A DNA stretch of 63,186 bases, filler included, from Octopus bimaculoides (taxonomy: Eukaryota): assembly GCF_001194135.2 (NCBI RefSeq). It is 4 parts of 4 records of this genome, joined end to end, with 100 filler letters (N's around TTAATTAATTAA, not from the genome) between each part and the next. Parts side by side here need not be neighbours in the genome. Positions count along the whole stretch, not along the records: positions 1 to 18,202 come from NC_068994.1; 3 more parts are not named here. The stretch is one strand, 5' to 3'. The notes beneath the pieces were generated by a model, which was given only the letters and a program-made list of their open reading frames with translations, made no database searches and had not been told where the DNA came from. Of the stretch, positions 1 through 13,775 are shown one piece after another; position 1 is the first letter of the stretch; each line of letters opens with the position of its first letter. The position numbers were made by a program, and so were the translations under genes.

Positions 1-693
1 GTATGTATGTATGTATGTATGTATGTATTTATATATGTATGCATATTGTTGTAGCTGAGTAAATAAATCAAACTTTATAACATACAAGGTATCATACCAT
101 GACATCATCATAAAACAACAAAACAACAACAGTTTCTTTGGCTCTCCTCTTCTCGTGTCTCTTGAAAAATCTTGTCATCATTTCCACTTAGTTTAGCCAT
201 AAATCTACATGCTACTTAATCGCATTTCACAAGAAAATGTAAAACACAAGCCAAGAATCAAAACCCAAGAAATTAAAGAAAAAGATTTAAAAAAACAAAA
301 ACCCCGAATGAACGCATTACAAGGAGGACGAGAATAAATGAAACATTTGCAGAGAAAACGAGAAAAATATTCCAGTTTCTAGATAAACGTTTGGTTTTCT
401 TTATTCGTTTATCTTTTACAAATGAAGCTGTTGTCAAATCAACATTTGCTGTACTTGCTAGGCTAGAAATAGCAGCTGTAATCTCACTTTACCCACACAT
501 TTAGAGCTGAATTCTGTGCTTTTAATAAAGGGTTTCACTGAGAAGCTTCTTTGAGGTAAAACATTACTTCTAGTGCCGTTCCATGTTTGCATTCATATAC
601 AAGTTATAAACGCTTGTATTTGAATCTAAGCCTGTTTTAAGTGTGTGTAATTTTAATTGTAGCCTTACTAGATTTCGCACAAATTATAGTATA

Positions 694-961
694 TACGAGG
701 TGCATTCAAAAGTATCCGACTTTATTCTTTCCGCTTATATTAATGCGGCGTGGACAAAATCCTTTGGGTCGGTGGTAACAGCATCCTTCCTGATGCTGGT
801 AGGCTGCTTCAGTCATCACTTGTTACGCCTAGAGTAGAGTCGTGTAGCGCGCGCTTGTTGGATTTTCGTTTCCACCGAATGCATCGGGCTGAGATATTGA
901 AACCTATTTTGCCAAAAGCTTGGTGATATTCAAGCTGAAGCCATCCAGAAGATTCAAAAGA
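694..961 (+). mobile_element. Mariner-type DNA transposon 5' relic (TIR plus start of transposase)
   Basis: Begins TACGAGGTGCATTCAAAAGT, resembling a mariner TIR. Downstream ttt tgc caa aag ctt ggt gat att caa gct gaa gcc atc cag aag att caa aag = FCQKLGDIQAEAIQKIQK resembles the mariner N-terminal HTH (IKFC.KLG...E....IQ.AFG). Truncated by a SINE. Confidence 0.55.
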
Positions 962-1015
962 AATTTGAAACTCATAACCTAAAGACAGATTTAATACCGC
1001 TAAGCATTTCACTCG

Positions 1016-1266
1016 GCGTGCTAACGTTTCTTATTTCTTTACTGCCCACAAGGGGCTAAACATAGAGGGGACAAACAAGGACAGAAAAAGGGATTAAGTC
1101 GATTATATCGACCCCAGTGCGTAACTAGTACTTAATTTATCGACCCCCGAAAGGATGAAAGGCAAAGTCAACCACGGCGGAATTTGAACTCAGAACGTTA
1201 CGGCAGACGAAATACCGCTTAGCATTTCGCCCGGCGGGGTAACGTTTCTGCCAGTTCGCCGCCTTA
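1016..1266 (-). mobile_element. tRNA-headed SINE, CORE-like family
   Basis: Reverse complement reads ggcggcgaactggcagaaacgtt...gagttcaaattccgcc (B-box), then ctttcatcctttcgggggtcgataaattaagtac...cactggggtcgat. The same family recurs many times in the window (13055-13775, 28240-28345, 43634-43850, 44765-44990). Confidence 0.8.
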
Positions 1267-1804
1267 GTGCGTGTGTTAATAATACTGGTATGATAACCCT
1301 CTCTGAACGCAACAAATTTTGTTTCAACGCACGCATTCACATAAAGAATCTTGCAAACNNNNNNNNNNNNNNNNNNNNNNNNNNNNNNNNNNNNNNNNNN
1401 NNNNNNNNNNNNNNNNNNNNNNNNNNNNNNNNNNNNNNNNNNNNNNNNNNNNNNNNNNNNNNNNNNNNNNNNNNNNNNNNNNNNNNNNNNNNNNNNNNNN
1501 NNNNNNNNNNNNNNNNNNNNNNNNNNNNNNNNNNNNNNNNNNNNNNNNNNNNNNNNNNNNNNNNNNNNNNNNNNNNNNNNNNNNNNNNNNNNNNNNNNNN
1601 NNNNNNNNNNNNNNNNNNNNNNNNNNNNNNNNNNNNNNNNNNNNNNNNNNNNNNNNNNNNNNNNNNNNNNNNNNNNNNNNNNNNNNNNNNNNNNNNNNNN
1701 NNNNNNNNNNNNNNNNNNNNNNNNNNNNNNNNNNNNNNNNNNNNNNNNNNNNNNNNNNNNNNATATATGTACGTATGTATGTTTTTATATATGTATATGT
1801 ATGC

Positions 1805-1845
<41 letters not shown>

Positions 1846-2075
1846 CTATGTATCTATATATGTATATATATACATGTATGCATGTTTTATGTATTTGTGG
1901 TATGTATTCATGTACGTTTATGGTTTATCGCCAGATATTTAGTCAGAACCATGATAGAAATTTTTTAGCAGCAGCACATCCAGTTTGATGAAATAGTCTA
2001 AAGAATCTACACACCCGCACACACACACACACACACATATGTACATATATACATATACGTATATATTTGTGTGTG

Positions 2076-2128
<53 letters not shown>

Positions 2129-3635
2129 ATGTATGTATACACACGAGCGCACATACATCTATGCACACACACACACACATACACATTTGTATTTTTCCTT
2201 TTATATCTACAAAAAGATGTATTTCTTTATAAATAAAGTCTCGAAGATTAAGATTTCGGGTTTCCAAAGACAACAGAAGTCAATTTTAGTAATAGATTTC
2301 TTGCGCTGTTTTGTAACCACGTTGAATGAGCGAACGATCTGAAAATGTTTTGAGTTCAATTGTATTCATTGAAAATTGTATATATATATATACTGAGAAT
2401 TCTGTATTTTGTTATTTTCCGACTTTCTTTTTGAAGACATATTGATTATCTATGTCATCTATTTTATTTTCTACAATTTAATATTGAAGCTTTGTCAAGT
2501 GGTATTTCTGTTTACGTATCACACACGACAGCAAAGGAAAATATTAAGATATTTGTTTATATTGCCTTCTATTGTATTCTGGTTTATCCCATTGTGTTCT
2601 GGTTTATTTCGTTCTGTTTGTTCTTTTATATTCTATTCGCTTCTGTAAAGATTTTTATTACTTGCTGTAATTTTGGACATTTATATAAATAAATAAAATA
2701 CGTCATTCTCAATACTTAAGTTAGTGCTAAAATATTTCAAGGTGTATCAAAATGATAGCCAGAAAAAAAAAAATGATGCGGTGATGGAGGAAAATTTTTA
2801 TAGAATGTGAACGGTTTCGATGAGTAATTTATTCTTTAAAAAAATGGGTCCTCAAACAAAGATGGACGGTCTCGGCTAAACGATGAGCTGACAAACGTGT
2901 TTATCTCGTGATCAAAAACACCTTTCAAATTCTGGAGACATGTACGCCTGAGTTACCACATAAGAAACCAATGTTTGCCGCATGACCACACATCACCTCT
3001 CCAACCTGGCTTCATTTCTTTTTAGCCAAATATAGCGGTGTTTTGCGTGGTTTCCATCTACCAACTTCTGCTCACAAGTCATTAGTTGATTCAAGAGTGT
3101 GACAGACGAAGTTTGTGCAGTGAGATCACATCTAAACTCCGATACTTGCGAAGCGAACTTCTTTACGAAACAATCGGAGCTGCGTTTCACAGCCTCAGAG
3201 TTTATTAAAGCGGAACGTGACAGAAACAAGAAGTCGTAAATGGACGTTGCTTGCTGGCACTCGTGTTATTACTTTTAAGAATGGTAAGATATTAATTCCG
3301 TTTTAGTGTAGTTTCATTGCTAATTGTCTGCAACAATTTGAAACAATTTTGGAAGCTAGAATATTTTGGGTAATGGTTTTGGTGTACTGTCTGCTGCGAG
3401 AATTGGTCTGTCTGTTTGTGTCTAACCGTAATGAAAGACATAAAAATATGTATACGTGATAGTATACGAACATACATACACGCATACACACATATATACC
3501 TATATATACACATATATATCTAAGTACGTATATATACGTATATATATATGTGTGTGTGTGTATGTTTATATATATATAAACATATATATATGTTATATAT
3601 ATATATATATCTATATATATATATATATACCATGT

Positions 3636-3678
<43 letters not shown>

Positions 3679-4339
3679 NNNNNNNNNNNNNNNNNNNNNN
3701 NNNNNNNNNNNNNNNNNNNNNNNNNNNNNNNNNNNNNNNNNNNNNNNNNNNNNNNNNNNNNNNNNNNNNNNNNNNNNNNNNNNNNNNNNNNNNNNNNNNN
3801 NNNNNNNNNNNNNNNNNNNNNNNNNNNNNNNNNNNNNNNNNNNNNNNNNNNNNNNNNNNNNNNNNNNNNNNNNNNNNNNNNNNNNNNNNNNNNNNNNNNN
3901 NNNNNNNNNNNNNNNNNNNNNNNNNNNNNNNNNNNNNNNNNNNNNNNNNNNNNNNNNNNNNNNNNNNNNNNNNNNNNNNNNNNNNNNNNNNNNNNNNNNN
4001 NNNNNNNNNNNNNNNNNNNNNNNNNNNNNNNNNNNNNNNNNNNNNNNNNNNNNNNNNNNNNNNNNNNNNNNNNNNNNNNNNNNNNNNNNNNNNNNNNNNN
4101 NNNNNNNNNNNNNNNNNNNNNNNNNNNNNNNNNNNNNNNNNNNNNNNNNNNNNNNNNNNNNNNNNNNTATATATATATATATATATATGATATATTTATA
4201 TGCATGTATATATTTATATATATATATATATATATAATATATTTACATGTATGTAGATATATGTATAAATATATTTGTGTGTGTATGCATGTATGCATGA
4301 ACGTATGTATATTTATATATGTATATATATGTATGTATT

Positions 4340-4388
<49 letters not shown>

Positions 4389-5831
4389 ATGCATCGAGAG
4401 AGAGAGAGAGAGAGAGAGAGGGAGGAGAGAGTGAGCGTGAGAGAAAGAGACCTAAATGCATCGTATGCATGTATACACAGATATAAACCTGAATACAAAG
4501 GGAGATGTGTACGCGTAGAAATATATAGGCAATCCGTATGTATGTACGTATGTATATACATATGAGAGAGAGAGAGAGGGGGGAGACAGACAGAAAGAGG
4601 GCGTGAAAGAGAGTCATACATACACATATATTTGCATGTATATATTGGGTGTGTATGTGTGTATATCATTGTCTGTGCGTTAGGGTATTCGTGTGATTGT
4701 ATGTAAGCGCGCGCATGTGTGTGTATGTGTGTGTGCGTGCGTGTGCGTGTGCGTGTACATTGTATCAATATAAACCATACAAGGTAATGCTTTCATAATT
4801 TGAGAGAATGGAAAATTTGTGTCAGATCCCATTAGGACCATGGTTTTAGTGTTATATTAGTGATTTGGTGTTAGCTTAAATTGGAGAACGGCATTAGAGA
4901 ATTGGTTTCGGGTTACAATTTAGGAATGACTCAACGTCATACAACCGAACTGGTGTGAGAATATCGAAGGAAGTAGCTGCCTGGTGGTGGTGGTGGTGGT
5001 GGTGGTGGTGCTGGGGGTTGAATAATGTAACAATTGGTTAAATGCTTCGGTTGAGAATTTATACAACATATCGCTTTCTTTGATAAATTAATTTTACGTT
5101 GCTTCACGTTTATCGCGATTTGAGAATATAATAATAATTACGTATCACTAGAATTAAATTTATTTATTCGTGATTTGGCGCAATCGTTCTGGCCAGGATG
5201 CGGATTAACTATTGAGATTATAAAGGGCTGTGGTTCTCAACCACTCTTTGCCTATAGGCCCTTTGACTTTTTTTTATTGTACTCTAGTGTCCAGCCCTCA
5301 AGCCATTTGAGGTTTTGAAAAATCCCTTTACATTTTTATAATTAAATATTATAATATTAGGAATTCTATAAAGATATTGATAAAATATCTCGTGTATATT
5401 CGATTTATTGTACATGATTTTTAACAATTAAAACTTGTATGGAGTCCAAGGGACATGTGATCCCAGATTGAGATCCACTTCTATAGTATAGAAAATGGTG
5501 GGACCGCTTATGAGGCCGATTCGCTCACTATAAATAGAAAATGCCAGCAAGCAAATTTCGTAAAAATCACATTCTTCAATGCTTAAACGAAAATTTATTT
5601 CCAGATGTATCACATCTGTGAAAAAATAAAACACCCTTTATATGGGAATGTACTATATCGTATATGATATGTAGGGGTGTGTGCGTATGTGTGTGTATCA
5701 ATATATATGTAAATATGTGAATCTGTGTATGTGTGTGTGTGTGTGTTTGTGAGAGTGTATATGAATATATACATACATGCATGCATACATACATACATAC
5801 ATACATACATACATACGTACATACATGAATG

Positions 5832-5921
5832 CGAAATCCACTCAGAAGGCTTTGGTCGGCCCGGGGGTATAGCAGAAGACACTTGCCCAAGGCGCCACGG
5901 AGTGGGGCTGAACCCGGAACC
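5832..5921 (-). mobile_element. tRNA-headed SINE fragment (family with ccttgggcaagtgtcttct...gagtggattt body)
   Basis: Reverse-complement match to the head and body of the full copy at 10357-10740. Confidence 0.75.
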
Positions 5922-6054
5922 CGTTTAATACTCGTTCAGTTTAGAGTAAGAACGAACCATCGCAAGTTCGGGGGCATCAGTAATCCAGAACGGCTTTGGG
6001 ATCAAAGGTTCCGGAAAATCGATGTCGTACCGATATCATTTACGTTTGACCTGC

Positions 6055-6247
6055 TTCAGGTGGCCAGGGTATTCGGCTCACGCTCGTGAGTTCGATTCCT
6101 GGTGCCGCGTTGCGTCCTTGAGTGACACATTTTATTTCCCGTTGCGCCAGTCCACTCTGCAGGCAAAAGCGAATTGTAGTTGCAAGTCAAAAGGACCAGC
6201 CTTGTCGCTTTCTGTGTCACGCTGAACGCAGTTCTCCACTTGCACGT
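6055..6247 (+). mobile_element. Degenerate tRNA-headed SINE with Nin/Deu-like domain, cut by a gap
   Basis: B-box gagttcgattcc, then gtccttgagtgacacattt, then cagccttgtc...tgtcacgctga...ccacttgcacgt, similar to the domain at 55205-55417 and 56901-57208. Confidence 0.5.
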
Positions 6248-8540
6248 NNNNNNNNNNNNNNNNNNNNNNNNNNNNNNNNNNNNNNNNNNNNNNNNNNNNN
6301 NNNNNNNNNNNNNNNNNNNNNNNNNNNNNNNNNNNNNNNNNNNNNNNNNNNNNNNNNNNNNNNNNNNNNNNNNNNNNNNNNNNNNNNNNNNNNNNNNNNN
6401 NNNNNNNNNNNNNNNNNNNNNNNNNNNNNNNNNNNNNNNNNNNNNNNNNNNNNNNNNNNNNNNNNNNNNNNNNNNNNNNNNNNNNNNNNNNNNNNNNNNN
6501 NNNNNNNNNNNNNNNNNNNNNNNNNNNNNNNNNNNNNNNNNNNNNNNNNNNNNNNNNNNNNNNNNNNNNNNNNNNNNNNNNNNNNNNNNNNNNNNNNNNN
6601 NNNNNNNNNNNNNNNNNNNNNNNNNNNNNNNNNNNNNNNNNNNNNNNNNNNNNNNNNNNNNNNNNNNNNNNNNNNNNNNNNNNNNNNNNNNNNNNNNNNN
6701 NNNNNNNNNNNNNNNNNNNNNNNNNNNNNNNNNNNNNNNNNNNNNNNNNNNNNNNNNNNNNNNNNNNNNNNNNNNNNNNNNATATATATATATATATATA
6801 TACATACACATATCTATCTAACTATTTATAATAGGCAACATGCATTCATAGATAGATAGAAATCTTTCTAGATCATTATCTGTTTTCCTATATGTATGTG
6901 TGTGTGCGTGTGTTTGCGTGCATGTGTATACAAACACACGCACACACACAAATGCACACACACACCAACTACCTTCACCAGATATCTTATTTAACTCCCT
7001 AATTTCTTGTTTCGTTGTCGGTGTGTGGTTTTACTCCAATGAATTATATAAGAAGTTCCGCGTCACATGACGGGTACCATTGGAAATAAAACTTTCGTAA
7101 CCATTGGCAATATCAGAAAATATGGCATGAATACTGTTGTATCGCACGTTCAATGTACGATATAACGGGATAATAATAAAGTCCTCGCAAATCGTTCTAC
7201 TTAATGTACTGGTGATAACCGTCGACAATACGCAACTCCCAGCCTTACTCTCCTGAAGGTTCTCTGCGTATGTCCATTTATATTGTGGCACAGTCCATTA
7301 GGAGTCAACCAATAGGGGTGTTCTACTTCCATACAACGCATACAATAATCATAATTTTATCTTTTACGAAATATTTTCATAATTTTATATAAAACAATGA
7401 AATGAGTTTAAAATAAAAATTAAACAAATTTCACTAGCGGTGCTCCAGTAAAAGAGTAAATTCCTCGTTTGTATAACATCTCCCATGATACTCCCTCATT
7501 TTCCCCAATCCTCCTTCACTTCCTCCTCCTCCTCCTCCTCCTCTCACTTCTCTTCTTCTGCTCTGCTCCCCTCCTCCATCCTTTCGTCACCTCTGTCTTT
7601 AAGATTATTTCTCTCTCGTTGTTTTTATAATAGCGTATAAAGGAACACAAACACACACTGGCTAAATACCATAATATAGCGTTGGTGTCCGTCTTCCAGC
7701 ACGCCGGACACCAGCCTGAAATTTCTGAGATCCTCTGATATTGCTATATAGTCATTGAACCTACACTAGTTTCGTCCGTTCTTTTGATAAATCGCGCTTT
7801 TAGTCCTGCTGGGTTTCTAGCAATCCTCCTCACCAGGCAAGCCTAGTGCAGGTGCCGGTTTAGTCGCCGACGACCAGACCATGGAACAGCTTGTACTGAA
7901 TTCCATGTTACTAGTTAAGGGTTAATCGATATCATTCAACCTTGAAATTGATTGGTATTTCATTTTATTGATTACCAAAGGAGGAATGCAAAGTTGACTT
8001 GAGCGGGATTTGAAACCAGACGGAGAAAATTTGAAACACATTCCACGAGGTATCTTTCTTTCCATTTTTTTTTTCACTGCCCTAAGATAATATGATAATA
8101 ATAAGCGATAATACGGTACAATTAGACATTCGCTGGTTAAATTTTGGGGTTTTGTTTTGCTTTTCTTTTGTTGTCATATTTTAGCAACAATTAATTCTCC
8201 TAGGTGTAATTAACTTAGTTACGTAGATATTCTAGATCAAAATATTCACAGAATATCAATTATATTTAATTATCAATATCCCAATATCCTCTTTCTGCCC
8301 CTCTTCTTCCCTCTCCCATTTTCTTTCTTTCTCTTTCTCTCTCTTTCTCATTCTTTTACTCTCTCTCTCTCTCTCTCTCTTTCTATCTCTCTCCACGCAT
8401 TCGAAAGAAAGGAAGTTGTTCAGGAATTAATTAACATTTACCAAAATAGCTTTATCTGGCGAAACCAGTTGAATTATTCTGCTCATGGCCAGACTATAGT
8501 TTGCAGGAAGAGCATTAGGAGAGAAATCCAAATCCTAATA

Positions 8541-8582
<42 letters not shown>

Positions 8583-8869
8583 GTTTGTGTATTTGTTTTG
8601 CAAGATTCTTAATGCGAAATCGTGTATTGAAACAATTTGTTATAGTTGGGTATGCTCATATTTTGCCAATTAGACATTCGTACTATAGTGCGTGTGTTTA
8701 ATTAGCAAAATATAAGCATTCCAGAAATATAACAACATATATATAATGCTGGAACACCACTTTTCAGGATGTTAAAGCTTTTTTTTTCTGTACAATTTCT
8801 GCTGAAGAAGCCAGTTGGACGCAACCACTCTTCTTTGTGCTTCCTGCTGCTATGTGGGATCATCTAGTG

Positions 8870-9231
8870 CAGAGGTTCTCAAACATTCTGGGCCGTTGCC
8901 TCGCCTCCCTCATGACCACATAATACCCTCAGCACTCCCACCTCTATTTTTATGTATAAATATTTTATATTTTACTAATTTAAATATATTATGTATCATT
9001 TGATATTTAATATATTATATAATTTGTATACAATACTATAATAATATTATAATAAATTCATAGCGTCTCCAATTCATTACGTTCCTCCCAACGCCTCGTT
9101 TTTTCTCTACCGCTCTCCCAACCACACCGTCCTCTTACGCACCAGCGCCCACCTGCAACGTCTCAACGCCCACCGGGGGGGGGGCAGTAGCACCCACCGG
9201 GGGGCAGTAGCGCCCACTTTGAGAACCTATG
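8870..9231. mobile_element. hAT (Charlie-like) MITE with perfect 8-bp target-site duplication
   Basis: Left TIR CAGAGGTTCTCAAA (8870) and right TIR TTTGAGAACCTATG (ends 9231). Both are flanked by identical ATCTAGTG (8862-8869 and 9232-9239), close to the Charlie NTCTAGAN target preference. Confidence 0.88.
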
Positions 9232-9396
9232 ATCTAGTGGCCCAGAGTAAAATTTGTCCAGACGCTCTTTGAAGAACTCAATTCCAAGGGTTTAACTCTT
9301 ATTTCTAGCAATATATGAGCTGCCAACAGTCTCTGTCACAACCGAATTTTTCCTCTTTGGTTTTATATTGTGTATAGCCCGCTACGTTGATATATA

Positions 9397-9461
<65 letters not shown>

Positions 9462-9467
<6 letters not shown>

Positions 9468-9632
9468 GTGTTTATGTCCCCGTAAGTTAGCGGTTCGGCA
9501 AAGGAATTCGATAGAATAAGTACCAGGCTTAAGAGAAAATACTGCGATTGGTACTTTCAAATAGAAATTTTTCAAGGTGGTGCCCCAGTGTGGCCGCAGT
9601 CTATTGACAGAGAGACGTATAAGATAAAAGAT
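9462..9632 (+). mobile_element. 3' half of SINE with CR1/L2-type tail
   Basis: tgtccccgtaagttagcggttcggcaaa...gatagaataagtacc...ggtggtgccccagtgtggccgcag; matches the 3' half of the copy at 10357-10740. Confidence 0.7.
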
Positions 9633-9717
9633 AGACGATATATTAATATATATATAAGCACACACCGCACACATATGTATGTATATACCTGTGTAACATG
9701 TCACGTGGAAAGAAAAA

Positions 9718-9820
9718 TAGATAGATAGATAGATAGACAGACAGACAAACAGACAGAGGGGTAGAGAGATAGATAAATAGACATACAGACAGAGGGGTAG
9801 ATTGATAGATAGATAGATAA

Positions 9821-9864
<44 letters not shown>

Positions 9865-9880
9865 TTAAGATAGATAGATA
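9718..9880. repeat. (GATA)n/(GACA)n microsatellite
   Basis: Direct reading of tandem atag/acag units. Confidence 0.9.
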
Positions 9881-10356
9881 GAACTTAAATAAACATCAAT
9901 CTATAAATATCTTGGTATTATGATGTCAAAGAAAACAAGCTTCTTCCTTATATCAAACGAGGATCTAAAATAGAATACGATTGTCTTTAATTCAATAGTG
10001 TTGCGAAAACAAAGATTGTAGAGGCTAAAAGATCACTGCTGTCTGCTACTGTTGCTTCTACTGCTGCTGCTGCTGCTGCTGCTGCTTATGCCGGTGTTGC
10101 TGTTGGTTCCACTTAGAACGATGTTTGTTACTTGTTCAGTAAATGTACTTAGACGAGATGAGGTTTTTTTTTTCCTTTTTCTTTTTTTCAGGTTTTGTTT
10201 CTTGCCGAGTTTAAATGTAAATATAAATTCACCAACACGCAAAGTCGTTCTCGAACTCACACACAGAAAAACATACGTTCTATACATAAAGCACGTATAC
10301 GTGTTGATGTGCCTAGATTGTAGTGAATTTTTATAACTAATTTGTATATAAACATA

Positions 10357-10739
10357 GGCGCAGGCGTGGTTTTGTGGAAAGAAGCTTGCTTCCCAACCAC
10401 ATTGTTCTGGGTTCAGTCCTACTGCATGGTACCTTGGGCAAGTGTCTTCGACTATAACCTTGGGCAGACCAAAACCTTGTGAGTGGATTTGAGAGGCGGG
10501 AACTGAAAGAAGCCCATCATGTGTGTGAGTGTGTTTGTGTTTGGCCTCCCATCCCGCCGTCGCTTGACAGCCGATGCTAGTACGCTTATGTCTCTGTAAC
10601 TTAGCGGTTCAGCTAAAGTAAACGATAGAACAAGTACTAAGCTTATAAAGAATAAACCCTGTGTCGATTTATTGGACTAAAATCCTTTAGGGTGGTGCTC
10701 CAGCATGGCCGCTGTAAAAATGACTGAAACTAGTAAAAG

Positions 10740-10740
<1 letters not shown>
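10357..10740 (+). mobile_element. Near full-length tRNA-headed SINE (possibly Meta-domain family)
   Basis: Head ggcgcaggcgtgg...gggttcagtcc (A/B boxes); body ccttgggcaagtgtcttc...gagtggattt...aactgaaagaagccc; (TG)n spacer; tail ggtggtgctccagcatggccgc...gactgaaac. Further partial copies at about 15385-15545, 18340-18480, 20205-20370, 22985-23160, 25500-25830, 41990-42140 and 61668-61975. The family name is from memory. Confidence 0.8.
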
Positions 10741-10784
<44 letters not shown>

Positions 10785-11832
10785 NNNNNNNNNNNNNNNN
10801 NNNNNNNNNNNNNNNNNNNNNNNNNNNNNNNNNNNNNNNNNNNNNNNNNNNNNNNNNNNNNNNNNNNNNNNNNNNNNNNNNNNNNNNNNNNNNNNNNNNN
10901 NNNNNNNNNNNNNNNNNNNNNNNNNNNNNNNNNNNNNNNNNNNNNNNNNNNNNNNNNNNNNNNNNNNNNNNNNNNNNNNNNNNNNNNNNNNNNNNNNNNN
11001 NNNNNNNNNNNNNNNNNNNNNNNNNNNNNNNNNNNNNNNNNNNNNNNNNNNNNNNNNNNNNNNNNNNNNNNCGCACACACACACACACACACGCACACAC
11101 ACACACACACACACACATACACACATGCTTTAATGTTCCGTTAAGTTAGGACCAACAAACTAACGCACTCCATCCAGTGAGAGATACACATCATGTAATG
11201 TACAATGTATTTAAAACAAGAGCTACAAATACCTTATTGCCATTGTGATTGGGTAGATTTATGTAATGTGCGTTGTGTCTCCAAGCAATCCTTAAGCTCA
11301 GAGCACATAGTTAGCTCAATTTCTTTCTATGCATTTATACACACACACACACATACATGGATACATGTTTGTATGTGTGCATTCATAGAAGCCTTCATGT
11401 ATATATTCTATTTCTCTGTCGTTTGCACACACACACACAAACATACATACACACACACACACGCACACATATCTCACGCGCAGACACAACAACAACAGCA
11501 AGAACTCAGATCTCCAGCTTTGGCTGTCAACAAACTTTTGAAGAATTAATTATTTTAATCTTCATAAATTTTGAACGGCCATTTAAGAAAACAACAACAA
11601 ACAACAACAATGAAAATAAGAAAACAGCGGAACGAGACACACAACAATAACTACGATACCAGCAACTCACAAAACAAATAAGTACAATATTAATGCAATA
11701 TTCACAACAACAAACACCATAACAACAATACCTACAACAACAACAACAATTACAACGGCAACAAATGAAGAAGTCTATTAACAGCAATAAAACGAATTTT
11801 CGCAAATTTCAATTTTTCGAATTTTCAATGTT

Positions 11833-11867
<35 letters not shown>

Positions 11868-12552
11868 GGTGGCGGTGGTGGTGATGGTAGTGATGGTGGT
11901 GGTGGTGGTTGTGGTGTTAGTGGTGGTGGTGGTGATGGTGNNNNNNNNNNNNNNNNNNNNNNNNNNNNNNNNNNNNNNNNNNNNNNNNNNNNNNNNNNNN
12001 NNNNNNNNNNNNNNNNNNNNNNNNNNNNNNNNNNNNNNNNNNNNNNNNNNNNNNNNNNNNNNNNNNNNNNNNNNNNNNNNNNNNNNNNNNNNNNNNNNNN
12101 NNNNNNNNNNNNNNNNNNNNNNNNNNNNNNNNNNNNNNNNNNNNNNNNNNNNNNNNNNNNNNNNNNNNNNNNNNNNNNNNNNNNNNNNNNNNNNNNNNNN
12201 NNNNNNNNNNNNNNNNNNNNNNNNNNNNNNNNNNNNNNNNNNNNNNNNNNNNNNNNNNNNNNNNNNNNNNNNNNNNNNNNNNNNNNNNNNNNNNNNNNNN
12301 NNNNNNNNNNNNNNNNNNNNNNNNNNNNNNNNNNNNNNNNNNNNNNNNNNNNNNNNNNNNNNNNNNNNNNNNNNNNNNNNNNNNNNNNNNNNNNNNNNNN
12401 NNNNNNNNNNNNNNNNNNNNNNNNNNNNNNNNNNNNNNNNNNNNNNNNNNNNNNNNNNNNNNNNNNNNNNNNNNNNNNNNNNNNNNNNNNNNNNNNNNNN
12501 NNNNNNNNNNNNNNNNNNNNNNNNNNNNNNNNNNNNNNNNNNNNNNNNNNNN

Positions 12553-12597
<45 letters not shown>

Positions 12598-12699
12598 ATA
12601 TATATGTATATATGTATGTGTGTGTGTGCGTGTGTTTAAAATAATAGTTTGATTCAGCTTCCATATAGAGGAAGCCATGTACACGATCATTTCTTCTGT

Positions 12700-12940
12700 T
12701 CTAAATTTCACTCTGTCAATTTGTGGTGAGGTGACATACTGTACTTTTTATAACGTCGTCCCTGAAATCATTTATCAGCAGGTCCGGATCGAACCAGACC
12801 GTAAATCTAAGCGACTTAACTGGTCTGTCCGTCTAGTATCCCTGTATCACTGGTTGGTTGCAGGAATTGACACTCCAAGCATCGATTCGCAAACCCATCA
12901 ACTTCGTTTGGTTAATATTTGCTCCCGCCACCATTGAATA
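12700..12940 (-). mobile_element. Degenerate L1/Tx1-type LINE RT C-terminal fragment
   Basis: Minus-strand translation VAGANINQTKLMGLRIDAW...TDRPVKSLRFTVWFDPDL resembles the Tx1/L1 motif SGAKIN..KS.GL.LG.W...WTDGPVK.LGVWFGPDL. Contains stops. Confidence 0.45.
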
Positions 12941-13054
12941 TTACTCTAGAAGTAAGGGGAACTCGAAGAAAACTGCTGTTGAATATACCAACAGGTTTCA
13001 TCAAGCTCCAATTAACTCCACCACCAACAACAGCAACAATAACTTCAAATTTTA

Positions 13055-13775
13055 ACACAAGGCCAGCAATTTCGTGTATTGGTTAAGTCGTTCACATCGA
13101 GTCTAGTGCTCAATAATTCTTACTTATTTTAACATCCCAGAAAGGATGGAAGACCAAGTGGACTTCGACGGAATTTGAACTCAGAACGTAAAGACGGACG
13201 AAATGCTACTTAGCATTTTACTGTTTCTATTATAGGCACAAGGCCCGAAATTTTGGTTGAGGGGGCCACTCTATTAGATCGACCCCAGTACACAATTGGA
13301 ACTTAATTTATCGACACCGAAAAGATGAAAGACAAAGCCGACCTCGGCGGAATTTGAACTCAGAACGTAGCGACGGGTGAAATACCGCTAAGCATTTCGT
13401 CCAGCGTGCTAACGATTCTGCCAGCTCACCGACTTACAACAATGATAATAATACTAGCTTCAAATTTTGGCACAAGGCCAGCAATTTAAGGGCGGGGTTA
13501 AGACGATCACATCGACCTTTGGGATCAACTGTTACTTATTTTACCGAACGCGAAAGGGTAGAAAGCAAAGCGGGCCCCGTCGACGGAATTTGAACTCAGA
13601 ACGTAAAGACGGACGAAATGCTACTTAGCATTTTACTGTTTCTATTATAGGCACAAGGCCCGAAATTTTGGTTGAGGGGGCCACTCTATTAGATCGACCC
13701 CAGTACACAATTGGAACTTAATTTATCGACACCGAAAAGATGAAAGACAAAGCCGACCTCGGCGGAATTTGAACT
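13055..13775 (-). mobile_element. Head-to-tail cluster of four to five CORE-like SINE copies
   Basis: Repeated cggaatttgaactcagaacgta heads and gatcgaccccag bodies. Segment 13165-13360 is repeated identically at 13580-13775. Confidence 0.8.

Noticed and set aside
1045-1060. cacaaggggctaaa shared between the CORE-like SINE and the RTE 3' end at 18784-18797
   Set aside because: Only about 15 nt, and antisense relative to the elements' sense strands; chance matches of this length are expected in 63 kb.
7061-7072. CGTCACATGACG, CLEAR/M-box-like motif upstream of a lysosomal gene
   Set aside because: A single imperfect site about 10 kb from the candidate start, with no supporting context.
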